Source of the DNA: Candidatus Kaiserbacteria bacterium
Lineage (GTDB): Bacteria > Patescibacteriota > Minisyncoccia > Phycocordibacterales > JABAAK01
Reading direction: 5' to 3'
Length of the DNA stretch: 36,072 nucleotides
Assembly: GCA_014238395.1 (NCBI GenBank)
Contig: JABABE010000119.1
Coordinates: 1 to 36,072, forward strand
This document shows, in pieces, positions 28,201 to 35,753 of this stretch. The notes below the pieces were generated by a model. It ran no database searches and was not told where the DNA came from. It saw only the letters and a program-made list of their open reading frames with translations. A program made the position numbers and the translations under genes. How positions within the stretch are numbered: the first letter of the stretch is position 1; every line of letters begins with the position of its first letter.

Positions 28201-29021
28201 GGTTTTGATTTATTTAACAAAAAAGATCTTACTGCACTTAGTCTCTTGTTTATTTTCTTCTTGGCAAGGCTTTTTGCATTTATTGCATCTTTAGACAATT
28301 CTTTTTCTAGTTTTGATAAATCCATATTTTTAAGCATCTCATACAAAACCTTTGGACCGATACCTACTGTAAATAATTTTGGAAATCTTTTTTCAAGTGT
28401 AAAATAATTTTCTTCATCTAAAATTTCTAATGGTTTTATAGACTTTAATTCTTTAACTCTTTCATTGTACAAAACCTGTATTTTCTTCTTTGTTTCTTTT
28501 CTTGTAAGATTTTTTGTTTGCTCAGTGAACTCTGTTTTTAGTTTTGTCTCATACTCTTTAATTTTGTCTTTGTCCACAGAAACAACAACATATGAAGCAA
28601 AATCATTTATTTGTTGTGTATGCTTAATTGATATCCCTAGTAAAAGAGCAATATAGTTTGGTGACTTTCTTAAGTACCAAATATGCGAAACTGGTTCCAC
28701 TAATTTTATATGTCCCATCCTTTCTCTCCTTACGAAGGCTTTGGTTATTTCAACACCACATTTTTCACAGGAAAAACCTTTAAATTGAACACCATTGTAT
28801 TTACCACAGCTACACTGATAATCTTTTTCTGGACCAAAAATTTTTTCATCAGACAAACCTCCAGCCTCTGGTTTGTGCGTTCTGTAATTTATTGTTTCTG
28901 GTTTTAATACTTCTCCATAACTCCATTCTAAAATTTCTTCTGGAGATGCTAAAGAAATATCAACTGATTTTATAAATGAATTTAAGTGTTTGTTTTTGTG
29001 AGTTTTTCTATCTTTTTTCAT
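25296..29021 (-). CDS. rpoC: DNA-directed RNA polymerase beta-prime subunit
   Basis: Zn finger CSCGKYNGVQFKGFSCEKCGVEI. Catalytic loop AADFDGD. Bridge helix GRKGLVDKSLKTSNAGYFSRRLFDVAQE. Trigger loop TQLTMRVFHAGG. 1241 aa, with no large lineage insertions. Confidence 0.97.
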   Translation of the reverse strand: MKKDRKTHKNKHLNSFIKSVDISLASPEEILEWSYGEVLKPETINYRTHKPEAGGLSDEKIFGPEKDYQCSCGKYNGVQFKGFSCEKCGVEITKAFVRRERMGHIKLVEPVSHIWYLRKSPNYIALLLGISIKHTQQINDFASYVVVSVDKDKIKEYETKLKTEFTEQTKNLTRKETKKKIQVLYNERVKELKSIKPLEILDEENYFTLEKRFPKLFTVGIGPKVLYEMLKNMDLSKLEKELSKDAINAKSLAKKKINKRLSAVRSFLLNKSKPEWMFVTVLPVLPPGLRPIVALDGGRFASSDLTDLYRAVITRNNRLKELIERDAPEVILKNEQRILQEAVDALFDNSIGSLNAAGATSYKLQTKPTKSLAEYLGRKQGYFRANLMGKRVDYSARSVIVVGPNLKLDECGLPKKIALELFKPFIISELIKKDLAYNMRNANKMIDDEAPEIWDVLENVIEGKYVILNRQPTLHKLGAQSFKPILVEGISIELSPLVCAAFAADFDGDNMVVYLPLTSEAQAEAKYIMNAKNNIIDPASGEIISNPNSHDMALGCYTTTVISDTEEKNIKYFSSIDEAIVACEDKVIKLTDRIKISITDKDASGKYKKYNNALLDTSVGRILFNEIFPDEIDFINETVNKKKITDIINHCMDTIGRERTVPLFDSIKSFGFEYATKSGTTFAWTDLLQADDLDSRVNDGWKTYHKNIDFHTKGLISKQERARINIENWRKVRDDIKNDILSKYTSQNSIIDMILSGARGSIEQLAQVVGLIGSITSSTGEVLEHPIVSCYKYGLNSIEYFINSYGGRKGLVDKSLKTSNAGYFSRRLFDVAQEVVIVEENCKSTKGFELTRKTKSGIEISFLNRVYGRYTTNDVVGKNKKTIVKKNEMISKEQAEIISLDESIDKVTVRSPLSCKSKKGICQRCYGIDNTTDKLIDLGEPAGTNAALSIGQPGTQLTMRVFHAGGISSIGGDITAGLPRVLELLDKRNPKAEMILSDVSGKVIDISKNKYKFNTIYIEKDSKEDGKEKTICDFVIPATRQIKVKVGDKINKEDMLTDGSANLDSLFEITGKENTQKYIFDEVTKIYELQGIELSPVHLEIIIKQMFSRVEIVDSGDSIYTAGDIIEADTASSANENIKKEGRTPMKTKEIILGLPNIPKSRDSFLSTASFEGTTNILLQAAVKGSKDYLDDLKSNVMTGRLVPIGTAFKGSQKYKMIEKVRAKIAEDEEEYKRKLELKKE

Positions 29022-29024
29022 GTT

Positions 29025-32000
29025 TTAAAAATTAGGTTTGGTTAATTCATCATTTATAAAGTTTATATTTATTCCAAGTGCTTTTAGAAAATTAACCAAT
29101 ACATTAAAAGATGCTGGTGTGTTTATTTGTGTAATATGTCTTCCTTTGATGATAGCACTGTATGCTGCTGATCTACCAAATACATCATCAGATTTGATAG
29201 TAAACATTTCTCTTAACGTATATGCCGCAGAGTGTCCAAGTAATGCCCACACTTCCATTTCTCCAAATCTGTGTCCACCATTTCTCGCCCTACCACCTAA
29301 TGGTTGTTGAGAAACAAGTGAATAAGGTCCAATAGCTCTCATATGAACTTTGCTTTTTACCATATGACTTAGTTTTAATATATACATATACCCAACAGCA
29401 ACATCCTGTTGAAATTTTTCTCCTGTTTTTCCGTCATATAGTGCTAGTTTTGCAGAAACAGGTTGGCCAGCTTCCTTTAATTCCTTTCCTAAGTCCTCAT
29501 CAGAAAACTCTGACATAGGTAAAACAACCGCTTGATAATTAAGAGTATTTGCAGCCAGTCCAAGATGTAATTCCAAAATTTGTCCAATGTTTAGACGAGA
29601 AGGAACTCCAAGTGGTGTCAAAATAATGTCAACAGGTTTTCCGTCTGCAGTAAAAGGCATGTCTTCCAATGGTAAAACTTTTGAAATAACACCTTTGTTA
29701 CCATGTCTATTTGTAAGCTTGTCTCCTTTTTGTATTTTTCTTGCTTCCGCTATTGTGATTACAATTTTCTTTATTACATCAGGATCAAGTGTATATCCAT
29801 CCTTTTTTTCAAACACATTTACAGCCACAATTCTACCACTTTTACCATTTCCCAACCTAAGTGATGTATCCTTTATATCTTTTGCTTTTTCTCCAAAGAT
29901 TGATTGCAATAACCTATCTTCTGCTGATTGCTGGGACTCTGTTTGTGGTGTGATCTTACCAACCAAAACATCTCCCGTTCTAACTTCAGCTCCTACCCTC
30001 ACAATACCCTCTGCATCCAAATTCCTCAATCTCACCTCGCCTACATTTGGTATATCTGAAGTAGTTTGTTCTTCGCCTAGTTTAGTATTTTTAACACTTA
30101 TCGTATAATCTTGTAAGTCAATAGAAGTGAATACATCGTCTGAAACCAATCTCTCTGATATAACTATTGAATCCTCAAAATTCAACCCATCACAACACAT
30201 AAAGGCAACTCTAAGATTTTTCCCAAGTGCCAATTGACCATTTTTTGTTGATGCGTTGTCTGCTATAACATCACCTTTTTTAATCTCATCTCCCATAGAA
30301 ACTATTGGAGTATGTTGTGTAGATATTGTTTTTGCATTTGTTACTTTAAAAGAATTTAATTCATATGTCTTTTCTTTACCTTTTTTTGTTTTTATTTTTA
30401 TATGAGTTGAATCAAGCCCCACAACTGTACCATTCTCTTCTGCAACAACCATTCTTCCAGTTGATCGTGCAATAGCTTCTTCTGCGCCAGAAGATACAAT
30501 CGGTGCTTCAGGTAAAAGACAAGGTACTGCTTGTGGTTGTGCAGTAGATCCGAACGTTGCTCTTGCAGCAAGATTGGTATGTACAAATGGAATAAGTGAT
30601 GTGGATACTGAAAAAATTTGCCTTGATGATACATCAACATATTCAACTTCCTTTGCATATACAAAAACAATTTTATTTCTATATCTTACTGCAACTTTTT
30701 CCTTTTTGATTTTACCATCTTTGTCTATAGACTTACCTAGGTCTATGATCTTATACAATTCTTCTTTGTCTGAAGTTAAGTATTCGATTTCGTTGGTTAT
30801 TTTACAATTTTTAACTTTCGCATATGGAGTTTTTAATATACCAGTATCATCTATTTGTCCATATGATGCTAAATGTAAAGTTAGTCCTATACTAGCTGAA
30901 TCTGGAGTATGCACTGGACAAATTCTTCCATATTGTGAAGGGTGAACATCTCTCACTTCAAAACTTGCTCTTTCTTTGTTTAATCCACCTTTACCTGTAA
31001 CAGATATTCTTCTCATATGCTCATGTTCTTCTAATATGTTTGTTTGTCTAAGAAACTGCGACAATGAATTGCTTTTAAAGAAACTTTGAACACTTGCTTC
31101 TAGTATTCTAGGGTTAATAATTTGTATTGATTTTGTTGTTTTCTTTACATCAGATCTATTCATTCTGTCTTGAATATTTTTCTTCATCCTCAACAAACCT
31201 GCTGAAACCTCATTTCTTACTAATTCACCAACTAGACGAACTCTTTTTGAAGACATATGATCTATGTCATCTACGATAGAACCAGGAGTGGAATTAAGTC
31301 TTACTATTTCTTTAATTAAATCAACCAAAATTACAGCATCAAAAACTAAATTATATTTAGTTATTTTTTTATTTTCTTTAGATAGCCTGTTTTGTAATCG
31401 AGAAATACCCACATCTCCCATATCAAAATATTTTTTGGAAAAAAATGTTTTTGTATAATTTTTAGCTGCTTCTGCGCTTATAGCATCACTCCCCATTATG
31501 TTTCTATACATACTCAAATACAAGTCATCTGAATCGTCTACAAGATCTATTAAAAGTGTGTTTTCTATGTATTCTTGTTCCTTTTCATTGAAATGTCTTA
31601 ATATTTGTGTTTTTGATTCACCAAACAAAAACCGTATCAGTTGTGTTATAGGGAATTTTCTTTTATTATCGATTTTCGCATACATCTTTTTCCCAATTGC
31701 AGTTTCAATTTCTAGTCTTCTACCACTCAGTGGTATCGCCTTAACGCCAAAAAAATTAATTCCTTGTAATGACTTTGAATTAAAAAAGAAACCATGTGAT
31801 TTAACAATTTGAGATATAACAGTTCTCTCTCTACCATTTATTACAAATGTGTGATTTGGTGTCATTATTGGAATTTCACCAAAATTAATTTCATCTACAG
31901 ACTTTTGTCCTGTCGTAATGTTAGTGAATTTGAGTGTTACAAAAAAAGTAGCAGCATAGTTTTCCATTCTGGATATAGACTCTGATAAAGAATATTTTTC

Positions 32001-32207
32001 TTCTTTGATTTCAAGAGAAACAAATTCCAAATTAAATTTAGAATTTTGATAATCTGAAATTGGAAATATTGACTTAAAAATTTCTTTAAATTCATTGTTT
32101 AAAAAAATATTATAAGATTTCTTTTGAAAATCTAACGAACTATCAAGTTGAAGTAAATCAGTTTTAGGGTTACCAAATATTTTTTGTTGTAGCTTTTGTT
32201 GACTCAT
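29025..32207 (-). CDS. rpoB: DNA-directed RNA polymerase beta subunit
   Basis: FEVRDVHPSQYGRICPVHTP, NFEDSIVISERL, NRHGNKGVISKV and HRFGEMEVWAL motifs. 1060 aa, near the minimal size. Confidence 0.97.
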   Translation of the reverse strand: MSQQKLQQKIFGNPKTDLLQLDSSLDFQKKSYNIFLNNEFKEIFKSIFPISDYQNSKFNLEFVSLEIKEEKYSLSESISRMENYAATFFVTLKFTNITTGQKSVDEINFGEIPIMTPNHTFVINGRERTVISQIVKSHGFFFNSKSLQGINFFGVKAIPLSGRRLEIETAIGKKMYAKIDNKRKFPITQLIRFLFGESKTQILRHFNEKEQEYIENTLLIDLVDDSDDLYLSMYRNIMGSDAISAEAAKNYTKTFFSKKYFDMGDVGISRLQNRLSKENKKITKYNLVFDAVILVDLIKEIVRLNSTPGSIVDDIDHMSSKRVRLVGELVRNEVSAGLLRMKKNIQDRMNRSDVKKTTKSIQIINPRILEASVQSFFKSNSLSQFLRQTNILEEHEHMRRISVTGKGGLNKERASFEVRDVHPSQYGRICPVHTPDSASIGLTLHLASYGQIDDTGILKTPYAKVKNCKITNEIEYLTSDKEELYKIIDLGKSIDKDGKIKKEKVAVRYRNKIVFVYAKEVEYVDVSSRQIFSVSTSLIPFVHTNLAARATFGSTAQPQAVPCLLPEAPIVSSGAEEAIARSTGRMVVAEENGTVVGLDSTHIKIKTKKGKEKTYELNSFKVTNAKTISTQHTPIVSMGDEIKKGDVIADNASTKNGQLALGKNLRVAFMCCDGLNFEDSIVISERLVSDDVFTSIDLQDYTISVKNTKLGEEQTTSDIPNVGEVRLRNLDAEGIVRVGAEVRTGDVLVGKITPQTESQQSAEDRLLQSIFGEKAKDIKDTSLRLGNGKSGRIVAVNVFEKKDGYTLDPDVIKKIVITIAEARKIQKGDKLTNRHGNKGVISKVLPLEDMPFTADGKPVDIILTPLGVPSRLNIGQILELHLGLAANTLNYQAVVLPMSEFSDEDLGKELKEAGQPVSAKLALYDGKTGEKFQQDVAVGYMYILKLSHMVKSKVHMRAIGPYSLVSQQPLGGRARNGGHRFGEMEVWALLGHSAAYTLREMFTIKSDDVFGRSAAYSAIIKGRHITQINTPASFNVLVNFLKALGININFINDELTKPNF

Positions 32208-32266
32208 TGAAATAAAAATCTATATTGAATTTTAGACAATCCTGTAGAATCAATCAATAATACCTT

Positions 32267-32295
32267 ATTTTATATAATGGAGTATTATTTGTCAA
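32267..32295 (-). promoter_or_regulatory. Putative promoter for rpoBC
   Basis: The minus strand reads TTGACA (a perfect -35, starting immediately after the upstream gene's TAG), a 17-nt spacer, then TAAAAT. About 59 nt separate the -10 from the rpoB ATG. Confidence 0.35.
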
Positions 32296-33876
32296 CTACT
32301 CCTTTTCCAACTCAAAACTGTTTTTATTTTGTGAGACTTTTTTGTTCCAAAATGGGAAAATCTTTAATTCGTAACTTTTAATCCAAGGATATTGTATAGA
32401 TATTATACTACTCACTTCTTTTTTGTCTTTATTCTTTATGTCTCTAAACAATGTCAATTCGTCCACATCCCATACCAACACCCCATTACCAGAAAGAGTA
32501 AAATCAAACTCGCCGTTGGTATCGTCCTCATCAATAAATTTTTTATCGACAATTTCAAATTCTAAGTTTGAATCTTCTATATTTATTGGGTACATTTCTT
32601 CATAAGGACCATCTATACTTGAATAGATCAATTCTGCTAATAACAATTCTCGGAATGATACTGCTCTCAAGAGACCTTTTTGTGATAAAGTTATTTCTTC
32701 ATTTCCTTGTTTTTCTATGACCTTTTGATTCTCTATAAACAGACCATCTTCGAAAACAATTTCTGGGTGATTTTTTAATTTTTCAATTGAAGTGTACAGT
32801 TTCTCAGTTAAATTTGATTGGATTTGTGATTCTAATTTTTTTGTAGCTTCTTCATACACATCATCTTCAGCTACATATTTTATACCTTCGAACCCACCGA
32901 CAATCACAGTTAATGATTCTGCGAATGAATCTGAAAATGACTTGTTACCTTGCAATCCAGGTATTATAAATCTTGAACCTATCTCTTCTATGTTGTAATT
33001 TTTTCCAGATCTATCTGCAACGATAGTCACCTCTTTTGATCCAGGGATAAACTCCCCACCTTTTTGTTTTCCTCCTGGGATTGTTTCTGGTCCTTTTAGT
33101 CTCCAACATCTTACTAACTTACAATCACCTTTCCCACTTGAATCAAATTCCTCAACTTCACTTTCAAAAACCAATCTTGTCCTGTTTATTAAATCAAGTG
33201 GCTCACCTTTTTGGTGGGTATTGTATAAAATAACCTTACCTTGAGCTTTTGTAATTTGACGTGTTTGTTTTTTAGCTTCTATTGTCTCATTCACCTCTGT
33301 TGTGATTGGTCCTTTTAATGTATAAGAAATATCTTCACCAACAAGCGGACTTCTTATAGCTGTGAATGTTCCAGATATTGAAAAAGGCAGTCTCTCAGGC
33401 TGAACTACTACCGATGTTTTTGTAAACACAGTGCTTAATAAAAAAATTATAAGTAATACAAAAGATGTTGTCAGTAAAAACAACCTTCTAAAAACAATTC
33501 TCTTGTGTTTTGTTTTTCTTGATACAAACTTTGGTTTTTGGCTCCTGAGTCTGTCAATCCTGTGATGGGCTACTCCTTTATGAACAGTATTTTTGTCATT
33601 TGCAAATCCATGTCGTCCATCGTTTTTTCTGTGATTATTTATTCTATCCTCATTTATTCGTTTTTTATGATTTTTAACAATTGGTTCATCTCTTGTATGA
33701 TTGTATCTTCTTTCGTGTATTTCTCTGTCTTTTTTATGTCTTATTACTTTTTTATATCTTCTATTTAAAACCTTGCTTCTGGTATCAAAGTCACTATCAT
33801 TGTTTTTTTCCTTAGATTGTTTTTTATTTATTGAGTAGAGTTTTCTTCTTTGTGAATTTCCATCTTCTTTATTCAT
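32296..33876 (-). CDS. Orphan single-pass membrane protein: His/Arg/Lys-rich N-terminal tail, one TM helix, ~375-aa ectodomain. Function unknown; possibly related to the baseplate J/gp47-like membrane proteins annotated in CPR genomes.
   Basis: A 526-aa uninterrupted ORF in an AT-rich genome. Residues 1-130 are strongly basic and low-complexity. The TM helix is LFLLTTSFVLLIIFLLSTVF (nt 33424-33486). Ectodomain motifs are AQGKVILYN, NRTRLVFES, GSKEVTIVADRSGKNYNIEE, IIPGLQG and VIVGGFEG. No catalytic motif recognised. Confidence 0.6.
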   Translation of the reverse strand: MNKEDGNSQRRKLYSINKKQSKEKNNDSDFDTRSKVLNRRYKKVIRHKKDREIHERRYNHTRDEPIVKNHKKRINEDRINNHRKNDGRHGFANDKNTVHKGVAHHRIDRLRSQKPKFVSRKTKHKRIVFRRLFLLTTSFVLLIIFLLSTVFTKTSVVVQPERLPFSISGTFTAIRSPLVGEDISYTLKGPITTEVNETIEAKKQTRQITKAQGKVILYNTHQKGEPLDLINRTRLVFESEVEEFDSSGKGDCKLVRCWRLKGPETIPGGKQKGGEFIPGSKEVTIVADRSGKNYNIEEIGSRFIIPGLQGNKSFSDSFAESLTVIVGGFEGIKYVAEDDVYEEATKKLESQIQSNLTEKLYTSIEKLKNHPEIVFEDGLFIENQKVIEKQGNEEITLSQKGLLRAVSFRELLLAELIYSSIDGPYEEMYPINIEDSNLEFEIVDKKFIDEDDTNGEFDFTLSGNGVLVWDVDELTLFRDIKNKDKKEVSSIISIQYPWIKSYELKIFPFWNKKVSQNKNSFELEKE

Positions 33877-33897
33877 AAAAAAATTATAGCATGTAAT

Positions 33898-35751
33898 TTA
33901 AACAAGTATTGCTTTTATTCTCCTAACTCCTGAAGAAACTGATTCTTCTTTTTTGATTTTAAATGCACCTAGCTCTTTTGTATTTTGAATATGCGGTCCA
34001 GCGCAAAATTCACTACTGTAATCACCTATAGAATATATAGTTACGTTGTCAGGATACCTATCATCAAAATTGTGCAGCGCACCAGTTTTTTTAGCTTCTT
34101 CTATTGGCAGACTAGCACAATTCACATCCAGATTTTCTTTTATTTTTTTATTTACTAAATCTTCAATTTTTTCTATCTCTTCTTTTTTTAATTTTCTATC
34201 AAAAGAAAAATCGAACCTTAATCTATCTTTAGTGATATTACTTCCTTTTTGTGTTACATCATCGCCAAGCACATCTTTTAATGCTTGATGAAGTAGATGT
34301 GTAGTGGTGTGATAGCGTACAACTTCTTTTGTATTATCTGACAACCCACTGTTGAATTTTTTGTCAGCACCCTTTTTTGAAATTTCTTTGTGGCTTTTCA
34401 TTAGCGCATCAAATTTATTTTGATCAATTTTAATATTTTTTTTGTCTGACAAATCTTGTGTTACATCTAGTGGAAAACCAAATGTAGTAAAGAGTTCAAA
34501 CGCATCTTGCGGTGTTATATCTCCATTTTGTTTGTAAATTTTTTCAAATTTAACAGTTCCTTTTTCTATAGCTTTTAAGAATTTATCCAATTCTTCATTT
34601 ATCACAAAAAATATTTTTTTTCCATCTAGATTAGAATAAGTTCCTTCGTATTCAGATATAATAGTGTTTATTAAGTTGTGTAATACAGAAATCTTATCTA
34701 AAACGTAGTGTAAGTGATAAATCACTCTTCTTAAAAGTCTTCTCAGTACATACCCTTTGTCTGTGTTTGATGTGGTCACTCCATCTGAAATAATAAAAAT
34801 AGATGCTCGCAAGTGATCTAAAATTATTCTGAATGATTTTGTATTTTTTTTGTATTCATCTTTGCCACCCAAAATATTTATTGCGTTAGAAAAAACATCA
34901 ATTAAAAAAATATCGTTTTGTTTTTGTGACACCATGGCAAGTCGTTCTAGTCCACCGCCAAAATCTACATTTTTATTTTTTAATCTTTTAAAAATACCGT
35001 CATCTTTTACATACTCCATAAAAACAGAATTACCAATCTCAAGAAATCTTCCGGATTCTGTGTTTGGGTGAGGTTTTAAATTTAAAAATTTTTTTGAAGT
35101 GTGTTCTTTTCCAAAATCATAAAAAACTTCAGAATCTGGACCACCTAATTCGCCTAATGGCATATTTTTTATTTCTCCACAGCGGCTCCACCAATTTTTT
35201 TTATCGTTGTAATAAAAAATTCGTTCTCCGTCTTTCATTCCAATACTGTCGCCATTTTTCTCAGTGATAATATTACCAACACCACAAGAAACTCCTACAG
35301 ACGAAAAACATTCCTTCCATATATCAACACTTTCAGTATCTTTTGGTATATTGTACTCTTCTGAACCAGAAAAGACAGTAACATATAATTTTTCAGCATC
35401 AAGGTTTAGTCCTATTTCTTTATCTATTAAAAAAGTAAAAAAAAATTTTATTTGATCTTTTTTAAAATAATCTCCAAAAGACCAGTTTCCAAGCATTTCA
35501 AAAAAAGTCGTGTGCCTATTGTCACCGATCTCTTCAATATCCCCTGACCTAAAACTCTTTTGTGAATTAGCTATTTTATTGCCACACGGGTGTGGTTCTC
35601 CAAACAAATATCGAATAAGTGGTTGCATACCAGAACCCACAAACAAAGTGGTAGGGTCATCCTCAGGGGTTATCTTTGCAGATGAAATAATTTTGTGTCC
35701 ATTTTTTTCTTGAAGCTCTAAAAATTTTTTTCTTATTTCATTTGTTTTCAT
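33898..35751 (-). CDS. alaS: Alanyl-tRNA synthetase, short form (catalytic plus editing domains, no C-Ala domain)
   Basis: DPTTLFVGSGMQP, SQKSFR and RHTTFFEMLGNWSFGDYFK motifs. Editing-domain zinc motifs HTTTHLLHQALK and CAGPH are present. The protein ends at GVRRIKAILV. 617 aa. Confidence 0.93.
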   Translation of the reverse strand: MKTNEIRKKFLELQEKNGHKIISSAKITPEDDPTTLFVGSGMQPLIRYLFGEPHPCGNKIANSQKSFRSGDIEEIGDNRHTTFFEMLGNWSFGDYFKKDQIKFFFTFLIDKEIGLNLDAEKLYVTVFSGSEEYNIPKDTESVDIWKECFSSVGVSCGVGNIITEKNGDSIGMKDGERIFYYNDKKNWWSRCGEIKNMPLGELGGPDSEVFYDFGKEHTSKKFLNLKPHPNTESGRFLEIGNSVFMEYVKDDGIFKRLKNKNVDFGGGLERLAMVSQKQNDIFLIDVFSNAINILGGKDEYKKNTKSFRIILDHLRASIFIISDGVTTSNTDKGYVLRRLLRRVIYHLHYVLDKISVLHNLINTIISEYEGTYSNLDGKKIFFVINEELDKFLKAIEKGTVKFEKIYKQNGDITPQDAFELFTTFGFPLDVTQDLSDKKNIKIDQNKFDALMKSHKEISKKGADKKFNSGLSDNTKEVVRYHTTTHLLHQALKDVLGDDVTQKGSNITKDRLRFDFSFDRKLKKEEIEKIEDLVNKKIKENLDVNCASLPIEEAKKTGALHNFDDRYPDNVTIYSIGDYSSEFCAGPHIQNTKELGAFKIKKEESVSSGVRRIKAILV

Positions 35752-35753
35752 AT

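Noticed and set aside
29587-30108. 173-aa plus-strand ORF antisense to rpoB. Others lie at 29038-29310, 30574-30945 and 31498-31812.
   Set aside because: It lies entirely within a conserved essential gene. The S/F/P/T-rich composition is typical of the reverse complement of K/E/G-rich coding sequence. There is no independent signal.
30398-30670. 90-aa same-strand alternative-frame ORF inside rpoB.
   Set aside because: The L/H/Q/Y-rich sequence looks nonsensical, there is no recognisable motif, and it is embedded in a well-conserved rpoB segment. It is most likely a chance open frame. Only ribosome profiling could rescue it.
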